DNA of 64,000 bases from Nitrososphaeria archaeon (GTDB lineage: Archaea; Thermoproteota; Nitrososphaeria; Geothermarchaeales; JDFR-13). The translations under genes and the position numbers were made by a program. Shown piece by piece: positions 30,715-40,627 of the stretch. Below the pieces are notes generated by a model. That model did no database searches, was not told where the DNA came from, and worked only from the letters and a program-made list of their open reading frames with translations. The DNA is taken from contig JALWXN010000004.1 of assembly GCA_027078545.1 (NCBI GenBank), positions 64,001 to 128,000 of the forward strand, written 5' to 3'. Every line of letters starts with the position of its first letter. Positions within the stretch are counted from its first letter, which is position 1.

Positions 30715-32514
30715 TTATATTACAATATGTGGCAGGAAAATCGACATAAATAGAGCTACTGTATACCCGGATACGAAGAACGGCTTGAACAGCCTCGCCG
30801 AGTATATGGACACCCTACTCAGCCTCTCCAACAAGTCATAGCCAAGCACCTTTACACCAACCTCCCTCGATATCGTCTCAACCCCCGCTGGCCTAGCATT
30901 CCTTCTAGCCATATCCACAGCCGTCACACAGGACTCAATAATAGGTCTCCATAGCCTAGGGTCTTCCCCAAGCAGCTTATAGCCACCCTCTACAAGCTCT
31001 AGAGCAGCCACCTCATGGGTATCAGTGGTGGCAACAACCACGGTATCAATCCCTAGATCCCTGACAGCCTTGGTGATCTCCTTACCAAGCCCCTTAACCA
31101 TATTATTCGAATCTATAACGATAACTGCAGCGGACTCCTCGATAGTCTCGAGATAAACTGCCAAGATACCATTGCTCCCCAAGCCATCTCTAACGCTTAG
31201 ACCCCCGGGATAGACCTTAAAATACCCGACCTTAAACCTATGGAGTGGTTCAAACCTCAACCTATCTATAACCTTCTTACCAGCGACTAGAACCTCCTCT
31301 AAAGCCTCTTCACCCATGATATACCTCTTATTAGAGAGGGAGTTGTGGCAATCCACGACCAACACGTCTTTGAATCCGCGGCTCCTTGCATAGGACACTA
31401 GATCCCTACTTATATCTGTAGGGATATCCTCCATCTCCTCATATTCGATAAAAATTAACAAGTTGTTGCATATCCGAAGGCCATACACCCGTGAATCCCC
31501 AAACTCCTCTACAACCATGTTAGAGATCTTGTTACATAACTCTGCACCGCTAAAAGACAGTAGATCACTCAGCATCCTCTCCACCTCCCTCTTAGAGGGA
31601 AGGTCCAACTCATGGGAGGAGGGTGTATGAAATACTCCAGTCTCAAGAGACTTGGTGAGGTATAGATATTCACTTGCTATCTTAGGGAAAGCACTACTAC
31701 CTATATCCTTAAACGGGCCGAAATGGAGATGAGGAAGTAATAGAGCCAAGGGGTTAGGTCTCGACTCCGAGAAAATCAGCATATTAACCCGAACCTTATA
31801 GTCTACAGACGACTTCTCCAGCAGTTCCTCCATGTAGGACGAATCGCCCAACATCCACGAATCTATGTAAGCTCTTAGATACCCGAAGGGAGACTCGCCA
31901 AGTATTGGTCTTCCACGGGCCTCGAGGTATCCATAGAAAACATTGGGTATAGCCGACACTATGGCAGCCCCAACCGAGACTGAGGGAGGGAGACTAACAC
32001 CCACTGATCCAAGTAGGAGGTAGGTAAGCAGAAGCACGATAAGTGTAGTCGCCCACTGCTTAGCCAATCCATTCTTAAGCATAGGAAAATAGACAACTGC
32101 GTCTATGAAGAGCTTCGAATATAGGACAACAGCTACAGGTATAAGGAGTACTACACTACTTGCCTGGGGAGAGAGACCTTGAAATATGTAATATATCCAG
32201 AGAACAGCTGATGAAGGAAGTAGTATAAAGAGGTATTTACCCATCAATCTACGGGGGCTAAAGACATGTCTATCCCGCCTACCAAAGACCAACTGTATTA
32301 GAACTAAATCAACGAGGAGAAGAAGTAGCGGGTAGAGAAACATAGTAAGCCCAGGAATGGATCCGATACCAATCCCTACGGATAACAGTATGAGGATCGA
32401 GGGGGATGAATATAGTAGATAAGCCGTGATGAATAAGAACGTAACCCTTGCTAGAGAGCCAAATGTAAATAGCTGTTCATATAGGCTAGCTAGTCTCAGT
32501 GAGGACTCACTCAT
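30715..32514 (-). CDS. DUF2070 family membrane protein
   Basis: N-terminal TM bundle; H.GPF..IGSS, HTPSSH.LD, D.HN, D.NN, TTDTH. Confidence 0.85.
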   Translation of the reverse strand: MSESSLRLASLYEQLFTFGSLARVTFLFITAYLLYSSPSILILLSVGIGIGSIPGLTMFLYPLLLLLVDLVLIQLVFGRRDRHVFSPRRLMGKYLFILLPSSAVLWIYYIFQGLSPQASSVVLLIPVAVVLYSKLFIDAVVYFPMLKNGLAKQWATTLIVLLLTYLLLGSVGVSLPPSVSVGAAIVSAIPNVFYGYLEARGRPILGESPFGYLRAYIDSWMLGDSSYMEELLEKSSVDYKVRVNMLIFSESRPNPLALLLPHLHFGPFKDIGSSAFPKIASEYLYLTKSLETGVFHTPSSHELDLPSKREVERMLSDLLSFSGAELCNKISNMVVEEFGDSRVYGLRICNNLLIFIEYEEMEDIPTDISRDLVSYARSRGFKDVLVVDCHNSLSNKRYIMGEEALEEVLVAGKKVIDRLRFEPLHRFKVGYFKVYPGGLSVRDGLGSNGILAVYLETIEESAAVIVIDSNNMVKGLGKEITKAVRDLGIDTVVVATTDTHEVAALELVEGGYKLLGEDPRLWRPIIESCVTAVDMARRNARPAGVETISREVGVKVLGYDLLERLSRVSIYSARLFKPFFVSGYTVALFMSIFLPHIVI

Positions 32515-32521
32515 CGCGGGG

Positions 32522-32704
32522 CTAGCTAGGCAGTGGAACGGGGAAGAGCACCCTAATAGCCAGTGAAACCACTACAAAGGCAATAATACCAACAACCATG
32601 TATACAGGATCGATCGTAATACCTGATAATGAGTCCTCAAAGAACCTCAGAAGACCAGCAGTACTAGCTGGCATGGGAGCCTCTCTACGCCTCCTCTGAG
32701 ACAT
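32522..32704 (-). CDS. secG: Preprotein translocase subunit Sec61beta/SecG
   Basis: AGLLRFFE....I.IDP plus single TM. Confidence 0.92.
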   Translation of the reverse strand: MSQRRRREAPMPASTAGLLRFFEDSLSGITIDPVYMVVGIIAFVVVSLAIRVLFPVPLPS

Positions 32705-32830
32705 TGGCACCACCCCTTGAAAGCCACCAATACTATTCAAGATGTGAAACTAATTAATGAAGCCCTCCTCCCCCATATATACCTTAATCTAACTATTCAT
32801 ATAGATGAGAAACAACCCTGATTAAATAAT

Positions 32831-33985
32831 TTGGAGGCTGAGATGAGGGTGATGCTGGGCAATCTCGTCCTACAATTCGACGAAGGTTTTGGAATGTTTC
32901 TCAATGCATTCTACATACTGTTATTCGCCATACTGATATTCTATGGCCAGAGAATACAGTTCCACCTCTCTATGATGGAGATGGGAGGTATATTGAAACA
33001 GCTGTTTTTCATGGCTAGCCACGCCAGGAAGACCTCATTAGACGAGATAAAGAAATATTCAGACGACCCCAACATAGAGGAGAAGATGGATAGGCTCTTA
33101 AACAGCTTCGTAATCTTCCCCGAATCCATGGATCCGGCGGGCATTGTGAAGAAGGTAGAACACATAATGAACGTGAGAGAGGCAAGATTCCTCGAAGATG
33201 TCAGGAGGATGATAACCAAGGAGATCGACGAATCAAGACTATGGAACTACAGCAATATGCTAGAAGCCACACTGGTCCTCAACCTGATATATAAGGTTAT
33301 TGAACACTACTACCTCCTAGCAAAGAAGACCAAGAACTTCTTTCTGATGGCCCAGCTACAAATGATAGTGCCGCTAATATTCAACGAGGCCAAGTCCTAT
33401 CTACTCGCTATAGAGGCTTTCCGACTAGGAACACCGATAGGAGACACTATAGGCCCATACGTAGTTCATAAACTACTTAATGATGGAAAGACCGAGATCA
33501 TAGAGAAGAAGACCGACTATACCAAGGATACCGACCTATACATTGCTGAGCGCAACAACAGGAGGATATACGTTATAAAAGCCAGGGGGCCCGGAGGCAA
33601 CGTAGGCAAACCCGGAGAAGCAATAAAAAAGGTCCTCTCACGGGCCAAGAAGAGCAACGAGAAGATAGCGGGCATCATCATGATAGATGCAGCCCTTAAA
33701 CTAGAAGGTGAGAAGACAGGTACGGTAGCCGAGGGAGTTGGAGCTGCTATAGGAGGTATAGGAGTGGAGAAGTTTAAGATAGAGGAGGCGGCTACGAAAT
33801 ACTCTGTCCCCCTCTACGCGATAATCATCAAGCAGAGCATAGCAGAAGCCATATCTACAATGAAGAAGGAAATAGTAGACTCAACATCCGAAGTTATAAG
33901 AAGGATAGATAGGATACTCAACAACGAGTTGGAAGAAGGATCAGTTGTAATTGCGGGAATAGGAAACACCATAGGTGTGCCATGA
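32831..33985 (+). CDS. DUF1512 family protein
   Basis: I.P..MDP.GIV, P.GD.IGP, KA.GPG..VG.PG, IDAALKLEGE, GIGNT.GV. Confidence 0.88.
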   Translation: MEAEMRVMLGNLVLQFDEGFGMFLNAFYILLFAILIFYGQRIQFHLSMMEMGGILKQLFFMASHARKTSLDEIKKYSDDPNIEEKMDRLLNSFVIFPESMDPAGIVKKVEHIMNVREARFLEDVRRMITKEIDESRLWNYSNMLEATLVLNLIYKVIEHYYLLAKKTKNFFLMAQLQMIVPLIFNEAKSYLLAIEAFRLGTPIGDTIGPYVVHKLLNDGKTEIIEKKTDYTKDTDLYIAERNNRRIYVIKARGPGGNVGKPGEAIKKVLSRAKKSNEKIAGIIMIDAALKLEGEKTGTVAEGVGAAIGGIGVEKFKIEEAATKYSVPLYAIIIKQSIAEAISTMKKEIVDSTSEVIRRIDRILNNELEEGSVVIAGIGNTIGVP

Positions 33986-34281
33986 TGAATCCAACACTAC
34001 TTCAGATAGATAGTCTAGATATGTTTGTAGTCTTCACACTAGCATTCCTAGTGATACTTCTCCTACTGATGACGATGTCTAGGCAGGAGGCCAAGCCCAG
34101 GATAGTCAAGCCCGACATAAAGACAGCATTGATATGCACATCTTGCGGCACAAAGACGATACGCGAGTTCAGAGAGGGAGACTACATCTCCAAAGAAGCT
34201 GATAGTGAGAAGTGCCCCAGATGTGGTGGCCCCCTAGTGATAGATGCCATTTATACCGAGCAGCTCCCCACTAAACCCTAG
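33982..34281 (+). CDS. Membrane-anchored Zn-ribbon protein
   Basis: N-terminal TM, CTSC...REF.EGDY...CPRC. Confidence 0.75.
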   Translation: MMNPTLLQIDSLDMFVVFTLAFLVILLLLMTMSRQEAKPRIVKPDIKTALICTSCGTKTIREFREGDYISKEADSEKCPRCGGPLVIDAIYTEQLPTKP

Positions 34282-35167
34282 TCGTAACTAATACATCACC
34301 ATCCAGTACGATCACGGTATGCTCAAACTGGGACACTGGCCTAAAAGACTTCTCTATCATTGGGGGATAACCCCTAACATACTTCATTGACTCCAGCTTA
34401 ACCACATCCTCATACGTATATTCATCTGCAAACCACCTCGGGGTGAATGGTAATGGACCATACCTCGACATAATCAGCCTCCTAAGACCGTCGAGACGCT
34501 TATCCTTAATCTTCTTCGTCTTAACCAAGGAGAATATATGGGTGGGCTCCACCTTATCGACGCTTCCAGCGCCATCCCTAAACGTTATGAAAGGCTCGAC
34601 AGCATAGACCTCACCACTCTTTATAGAACTACTTATCGGCTCACCAGTATTGGGAAAATTCTTACCGGCATGGAGATTATACCTATCTATCAAATGGCCT
34701 GCAAGGTCACTTATCACCTTATATCCTCTTGAATACACCTCTTCCTCGATAAGCCTACCCAGCTCACCCAGACTCCTACCAGGTCTAATCTCATCAATCA
34801 CATGGTTCAGAACCTCCTCATTAGCCCTTGCCATCTCAATATATTCCTCTCCCCGAGCTATCGTGATGGCCGTATCGGCTATGTATCCATCGATATGTAC
34901 GCCTACATCCACTTTGAGGAGGCCCTCATCGAAAACCACTGGCTCAGATGTTAGAGGGGTATAGTGGGCAGCCACCTCATTAAGATCCACGTTACAGGGA
35001 AAGGCGGGCATCCCCCCATACTTCATCGTCAGGGACTCTGCATACTCAGCAATCTCCAATAGGTCAATCTTTTTCTTAGGAGCAACAAAGTCCCTAACCT
35101 CCCTCAAAACCTTGGCAGCGATCCTTCCCGCCTCCAAGTATTTCTCGATTATATCCTCCCTCATCAC
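34271..35167 (-). CDS. map: Methionine aminopeptidase type II
   Basis: AFP.N, AAHYTP, D.GVH.DGYIADTA, GH, EPF, QFEHT. Confidence 0.96.
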   Translation of the reverse strand: MMREDIIEKYLEAGRIAAKVLREVRDFVAPKKKIDLLEIAEYAESLTMKYGGMPAFPCNVDLNEVAAHYTPLTSEPVVFDEGLLKVDVGVHIDGYIADTAITIARGEEYIEMARANEEVLNHVIDEIRPGRSLGELGRLIEEEVYSRGYKVISDLAGHLIDRYNLHAGKNFPNTGEPISSSIKSGEVYAVEPFITFRDGAGSVDKVEPTHIFSLVKTKKIKDKRLDGLRRLIMSRYGPLPFTPRWFADEYTYEDVVKLESMKYVRGYPPMIEKSFRPVSQFEHTVIVLDGDVLVTTRV

Positions 35168-35233
35168 TCCTTAATATTAGAGCCTAGAGAACCAATTAAC
35201 CATAAATATTGTCTGCCACCCGTGGGATTCAAA

Positions 35234-35698
35234 ATGGAGAAGGAGAAGAAGGTGGTGGTGGGAGGCACGTTTGAATATCTTCACGCGGGCCACATAAAGC
35301 TACTCAACACTGCGTTCTCACTAGGGGAGGAGGTTGTTATAGGGGTTACTAGTGACGAGATGGCTAGAAGAATGAGGCGAAGAAGCGTTAAGAGCTTCGA
35401 TGAACGTGTTGAACAGCTTAAACAGCTCGTCGATACATTGAGTAGGGGGAAGAGATACAGGATTATAGAGATCAGCGACCCCTACGGACCCACAATTGCC
35501 GAGGACGACCTCGACATAATAGTTGTAAGCGTAGAGACATTCCCAAACGCACTTAGAATAAACAATGAGAGAAGGAGGAGGGGGATGAAGCCCCTAGCCA
35601 TTGTGGTGATCCCCCTAGTGGAGACCAACTATGGATATAAGATCAGCTCATCCCTCATACACACATCCACATTAGATGAATGGGGCAGGACTCAGTAG
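35234..35698 (+). CDS. coaD: Phosphopantetheine adenylyltransferase
   Basis: GGTF..LHAGH, GVTSD, DPYGP, VVS.ET, KISS. Confidence 0.92.
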   Translation: MEKEKKVVVGGTFEYLHAGHIKLLNTAFSLGEEVVIGVTSDEMARRMRRRSVKSFDERVEQLKQLVDTLSRGKRYRIIEISDPYGPTIAEDDLDIIVVSVETFPNALRINNERRRRGMKPLAIVVIPLVETNYGYKISSSLIHTSTLDEWGRTQ

Positions 35699-36783
35699 AC
35701 ACCCTTTAGATCCTCAGCACTACGTATCCACCTCACATTCCCCCTCCTCACATAGTCCCTGTAATACTCAAGCTTCTCACTGAAATCCTTCATAAACTCC
35801 CATAGAACCTCGAACGTGATCTTCTTAAGCTCCCCACTAAGCATCTCACCCGACCTATACTTCTCCGCGATCTCCCGCAACATCTCATCGTCATCCAGTA
35901 TATAGGTCAGTATGCGGAACGGAACATCGATATCAAGATTGCCACCCCTACGTCTATGCTCCTCAACCGTAGGTGCACCCCCTGAAAATGCTCTCCATAT
36001 CTTCCTACGCAGCACATCCGGATCCGTCTCCGGCAAGAATATCGAGTTCTCAGGATCACTCTTACTCATCTTCTCCGAGCCGTCTAGACCCGGTATAAGC
36101 CTAATATAGATAGACGCAACTTGGTCGAAGAAGAAGTGCCTAGTCCTCCTAACATAATCCCTACACAGCCTCATATGGGGATCCTGATCAAGCCCTATAG
36201 GAACCAGACCATTCATAGGCTTATAGAACTGTGGAAAAAGGATGTCACCAACCTGTATAAGCGACGAGACGATTCTAGACGGGTCCACGTCTCCATATAT
36301 CGCCCTCATCTCGTTCAGAGTAGTCTCCCCAGACACATCGCCAGCAATTTTGAGAATATCAGGGTTCTCCGACTGGTAATAGAAGAATGTCCGGTCAGGA
36401 TCTAGGCCCAACGCTAGGTAGGTGGGTATATGGTATTGCTCTGCATACTCTCTCGCCAAGTCTAGAGATATGGATCGGGTAGCCAGCGACTCGATATCCG
36501 CTATTGCTATTATAGTGATCTTGCTAAGCGACTGGAAATACTTCACAGACTCTACCACGGCATAGGTACCCAGATGTATAAGCTTATACGAGGGCATTAT
36601 ACCAGTCAATATGTAAAACTCGCCAGTCCTCATCATCTTAGCAAACTCCTCTAACCCTCTGACGGCTATGAATATCCCCCTCCTAACAAATTTGTGTGGA
36701 ATGGGGAAATACTCGGGCTTAATAAGCTCCAAACCAAACTCTCTAAGCAGCTTCTCCTCCCGGGGGGTTAGGCTCAGCCTCAT
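35692..36783 (-). CDS. trpS: Tryptophan--tRNA ligase
   Basis: TG.MPS, HLGT (HIGH variant), G.DQDPH.RL.RD, KMSKS, AFSGG. Confidence 0.92.
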   Translation of the reverse strand: MRLSLTPREEKLLREFGLELIKPEYFPIPHKFVRRGIFIAVRGLEEFAKMMRTGEFYILTGIMPSYKLIHLGTYAVVESVKYFQSLSKITIIAIADIESLATRSISLDLAREYAEQYHIPTYLALGLDPDRTFFYYQSENPDILKIAGDVSGETTLNEMRAIYGDVDPSRIVSSLIQVGDILFPQFYKPMNGLVPIGLDQDPHMRLCRDYVRRTRHFFFDQVASIYIRLIPGLDGSEKMSKSDPENSIFLPETDPDVLRRKIWRAFSGGAPTVEEHRRRGGNLDIDVPFRILTYILDDDEMLREIAEKYRSGEMLSGELKKITFEVLWEFMKDFSEKLEYYRDYVRRGNVRWIRSAEDLKGVY

Positions 36784-36859
36784 AACAAAATATGTGATTC
36801 AACCGCTACGTCTAAAAAGATTTATTCATCGGCTCAGATAGTGAATTAGATTGATAAAT

Positions 36860-38341
36860 ATGGATGAAGAGAAAAAACGGGATGTACGCACCATAGCACT
36901 CCCTGACCTAGCCAAGCAACTAGGCATAAATATAGATAGGCTGAGGGGAATACTGGAGGAGCTTAAGAGAGACGGCAGTATCAAGATCATAGTAGAAAAA
37001 GAGGAATACATTACACCGGACACGAAGCTCCAAGGGAAACTCCCAGAGCTGGAGATCTATAAGACCCTCAAAGAGAAGGGGGAGATGAAGCTACAAGAGT
37101 TGAGGGGTTCGATCGATCTCGATGAGGAAGATTTCAATGCTGGAATAGCCATCCTAGTCAGAGAGGGTATAATAGGATTCAAAGATGGAGACGAACGTAG
37201 AGTGGGGATAAAGGATCCAGCCCGGGGGGAGGACCTATACAGGAGGTCAATGGAGCTTAGAGATCTCATCATTTCTAGGGGAAGCGTTAAATTGGATAAT
37301 ATACCCCCTGAATATAGAGGCTTGATAACAAAGTGGCTTAGAAGACCCAACCTAGTCAAACGTAGAACTACTAGGAAGGAATATGTAGTCCTAACGGAAG
37401 AGTCAGAAAAACTACTGAGGAGTGCGAAGGAGAAGCTGATAGGCAGCATTACAAGGGACATGATTATAAGCGGCACTTGGGACATAGAGAGAATAAAGGT
37501 CATACCACCCGATCAGGACACTTATAGGATACATCTCGGGAGGAGACACCCCCTCTCCGAGACAATAAAGGAGGTTAGAGAGATATTCCTGCAAATGGGA
37601 TTTGAAGAGATTAAAGGCCCTATCATAGAAACCGCCTTTGTAAACTTCGACATGCTATTCCAACCCCAGGATCACCCTGCTAGGGACATGCATGACACAC
37701 TATACATATCAAAACCATTCGACAAGATGGATCCACCCTATAGAGAGTTCATAGAACAAGTAGCAGCTACCCACCAACACGGAGGAGACACTGGATCCAA
37801 GGGGTGGAGATATAGATGGTCCCTAGACGAAGCTAAGAGAACCCTCCTTAGAACCCATACCACCGCTGTCACAATCAGGGGGCTATATGAGAACAGACAC
37901 AGGGAGGAGCTCAAACTATTCAGCATAGGGAGAGTATACCGCAACGAGACTATAGACTATAAACACCTATCCGACTTTACACAGGTAGACGGCATATTGA
38001 TGCATAGAGATGCCAATCTCCGGCTCCTCATGGGGATACTAGAAACCTTCTTCAAGAAGATGGGAGCTAAAAAGATAAGGTTCTGGCCAACATACTTCCC
38101 CTTCACAGAACCTAGCATACAGCCCACCGTATTCATGGAGGAGATAGGGGAGTGGATAGAGCTTGGAGGAGCCGGGATATTCAGGCCAGAGATAACCCTA
38201 CCGATGGGGATAGATAAGCCTGTTCTCGCATGGGGACTGGGATTAGAGAGGATCATCATGATTAGATACAAGCTCAGCGATATTAGAGAGATATACTTCA
38301 ATCGTGCGGACTGGCTAAGGAATAGGAAGGTGCTGATATAA
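36860..38341 (+). CDS. pheS: Phenylalanine--tRNA ligase alpha subunit
   Basis: NFD.LFQPQDHPARDMHDT, LRTHTT, YRNE..D..H, YFPFTEPS, AWGLG.ER. Confidence 0.97.
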   Translation: MDEEKKRDVRTIALPDLAKQLGINIDRLRGILEELKRDGSIKIIVEKEEYITPDTKLQGKLPELEIYKTLKEKGEMKLQELRGSIDLDEEDFNAGIAILVREGIIGFKDGDERRVGIKDPARGEDLYRRSMELRDLIISRGSVKLDNIPPEYRGLITKWLRRPNLVKRRTTRKEYVVLTEESEKLLRSAKEKLIGSITRDMIISGTWDIERIKVIPPDQDTYRIHLGRRHPLSETIKEVREIFLQMGFEEIKGPIIETAFVNFDMLFQPQDHPARDMHDTLYISKPFDKMDPPYREFIEQVAATHQHGGDTGSKGWRYRWSLDEAKRTLLRTHTTAVTIRGLYENRHREELKLFSIGRVYRNETIDYKHLSDFTQVDGILMHRDANLRLLMGILETFFKKMGAKKIRFWPTYFPFTEPSIQPTVFMEEIGEWIELGGAGIFRPEITLPMGIDKPVLAWGLGLERIIMIRYKLSDIREIYFNRADWLRNRKVLI

Positions 38342-40005
38342 TGCCTACAACAAAGATCTACCTAGAAGACATAGAAGAGATCATCCCCATAAACGAATTC
38401 CTAGAAAAGGCCCCATACATAGGTGTGGAGGTTGAGGAAACAGGGGAGGACTACATTAGACTAGAGTATACACCTAACAGGCCGGACTACGGATTCTACA
38501 CCGGAATACTCAAATCACTAGAGGGACTACTCGAAAAGAAAACAGGCTTGGTGAAATACACCGCCTCAGAGGCAGGCGAGAATCAATATGGAATACACGT
38601 CGAGGAGGAGGCTATAAACATAAGGCCGGTAATAATGGGATTCCTAGTAGAAGACCTCTCACTCACCGACAGAGTAATTGAATATCTAATCAACTTCCAA
38701 GAAGACCTACACAACGGACTCGGACGTAACAGGAGGAAAGCCTCGATAGGGATCCATGACGCCGACAAGATAAAGTTCCCAATACATTACCGGGCCGTTG
38801 ATGCCGAGTATAGCTTTATCCCGCTAGATGGAGACAGGGAAATGAGCATAAAGGAAATAATCACTAAGACTGAGAAGGGCCAGAAGTACGGAGGATTAGT
38901 GGTAGGCCAGATATATACAGTTCTAGAAGACTCTACAGGGAACACCCTATCACTACCACCCATTATAAATAGTAGACTGACACAGGTGACAGAGAACACC
39001 AAGAGACTATTCATAGACATTACAGGAACCGATGAAGGCGTTGTTAGAGACATCGCGAATCTATTGGCCACCGCTTTACAGGACATCGGAGGCAAAGTGA
39101 CAAAGATACCCTCCATATACCCAGAAGGAGTAAGATATGTAGCACCAACCCTAACATACACGGAGATCGATGTATCGATTGAATACATAAACTACATCTT
39201 AGGCTTGGAGATTGGACAGGAGGAGATAATACGTAGCCTAGAGAGAATGAGATATAGAGCCGAGCATAGAAACGGATCCATAAAAGTAACTATCCCACCC
39301 TATAGAATCGACATCTTACACCCGATAGACATAGTTGAGGACGTAGCGATAGGCATGGGTCTATGGAGACTAGCCCCCAGCATAGAAAACATGTACTTCT
39401 CAATGGGAAGCTTAATGGAGGAGACGGTTTTCAAAGAAAAGCTGTCCGAGATACTCGTGGGGATGGGGCTTCTAGAAGTGGTCAACCTAACACTCATCTC
39501 AGATGAGACACAACGCACGGTTCTTGGAGAAGATATAGAGTCGGTACGAGTTGAGAAGTCTAAAACCCCCCGAGACACGCTTAGAACCTCACTCATTCCT
39601 GGATTACTGGAGACCCTCCGTCTAAACAATACATCGGAACATCCCATCAAAATGTTTGAAATAGGTACGGTAGTACGTATAGAGAACGGAAGACCAGTAG
39701 AGAGAGACATGCTGGGAATAGTACTGTCAGACTATAGTATCAACTATGGCGATGGAAAAGCCGTCATAGACACACTTCTAGAGCTATTAGGGGTAAGAGG
39801 GAAGGTCAGATATGGAGAGCCCAAGAGATATTACCGCTACATGCTTAGGGGAAGAACCGGAACCCTATTCGCCAAGGACGACGAAGTGGGTATAATAAGC
39901 GAGGTCCACCCAGAGATCCTCACCAAAATGGGGATAGAGTTTCCTGCGGTGGTGGTGGAGCTGGATATACATAGTCTAATCAAACTTTATCAAGATAAGA
40001 AGTAG
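38341..40005 (+). CDS. pheT: Phenylalanine--tRNA ligase beta subunit
   Basis: NRPD, GRNRRKASIGIHD, PPIINS, PPYR.DILH..D..EDVA, LRTSLIPGLL. Confidence 0.96.
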   Translation: MPTTKIYLEDIEEIIPINEFLEKAPYIGVEVEETGEDYIRLEYTPNRPDYGFYTGILKSLEGLLEKKTGLVKYTASEAGENQYGIHVEEEAINIRPVIMGFLVEDLSLTDRVIEYLINFQEDLHNGLGRNRRKASIGIHDADKIKFPIHYRAVDAEYSFIPLDGDREMSIKEIITKTEKGQKYGGLVVGQIYTVLEDSTGNTLSLPPIINSRLTQVTENTKRLFIDITGTDEGVVRDIANLLATALQDIGGKVTKIPSIYPEGVRYVAPTLTYTEIDVSIEYINYILGLEIGQEEIIRSLERMRYRAEHRNGSIKVTIPPYRIDILHPIDIVEDVAIGMGLWRLAPSIENMYFSMGSLMEETVFKEKLSEILVGMGLLEVVNLTLISDETQRTVLGEDIESVRVEKSKTPRDTLRTSLIPGLLETLRLNNTSEHPIKMFEIGTVVRIENGRPVERDMLGIVLSDYSINYGDGKAVIDTLLELLGVRGKVRYGEPKRYYRYMLRGRTGTLFAKDDEVGIISEVHPEILTKMGIEFPAVVVELDIHSLIKLYQDKK

Positions 40006-40016
40006 ATTCAATTTAT

Positions 40017-40157
40017 GGCATGCAGTATCCCCGGCGGACCAGCCGGAAACGTGAAGGCTGGGTACCCCTGCATGCCACAAAGCCCGTCTGAGGGCCTCTA
40101 CCGAGAGGGGAGGCATCCCCACGATGAGGGTGAGAGGGTTGGTGACGGGCTACAAAC
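40017..40157 (+). ncRNA. Two-hairpin box H/ACA pseudouridylation guide sRNA
   Basis: Hairpin 1 GGCATGCAG..CTGCATGCC + ACA (40077-79) with GA..UGA K-loop; hairpin 2 AGCCCGTC..GACGGGCT + ACA (40152-54) with GA/GAUGA K-turn; pockets 14-15 nt from ACA. Confidence 0.85.
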
Positions 40158-40183
40158 CGCTGCTCCAAAAATGGGCGAGCAAC

Positions 40184-40612
40184 GTGAGACGTCCTAAGGA
40201 TATCTATGAAAGAGATGCCGAACAGCTATACATCGTCCTAAGCGAAATATCCAGCGATACAACGATAATAGTTGAGGGGCCCAGCGACAAGGAATTACTC
40301 CTGAGGATACCCTTTCTCAGGGCTAGGATAACTACCCTCCGGGAATTTTTCGGAGAAGCCCCAAACATTAGGAAGACGATTATCCTTACTGACTACGACG
40401 AAGAGGGGGAGAGACTCAATATATGGTTAAAGAACATCATCAGCTCCGAATACCCCCACATCACAATACTGGACTGGTATAGAGAGAGGCTTAGACCCAT
40501 ATTCTCAAAATATGGAGAGATATACTCATGCCTCAGACACCTCTCCAGGATTGGGGTGCTAGAAAGATATATTAGATATGCAGACATAGATTGGGAGTAT
40601 GAAAACACATAG
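40184..40612 (+). CDS. Small Toprim-domain protein
   Basis: IIVEGPSD, ILTDYDEEG; start moved to GTG 40184 because the upstream part of the ORF is the H/ACA RNA. Confidence 0.85.
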   Translation: MRRPKDIYERDAEQLYIVLSEISSDTTIIVEGPSDKELLLRIPFLRARITTLREFFGEAPNIRKTIILTDYDEEGERLNIWLKNIISSEYPHITILDWYRERLRPIFSKYGEIYSCLRHLSRIGVLERYIRYADIDWEYENT

Positions 40613-40627
40613 CATGGGTGGTGAAGA

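Noticed and set aside
32755-32825. GATGA..CTGA words suggesting a box C/D sRNA
   Set aside because: No convincing full C/D'/C'/D set or rRNA-complementary guide; region is a divergent promoter
40015-40197. 60-aa ORF and the first 20 codons of ORF 40124
   Set aside because: Overlap the H/ACA RNA hairpins; the toprim protein plausibly starts at GTG 40184
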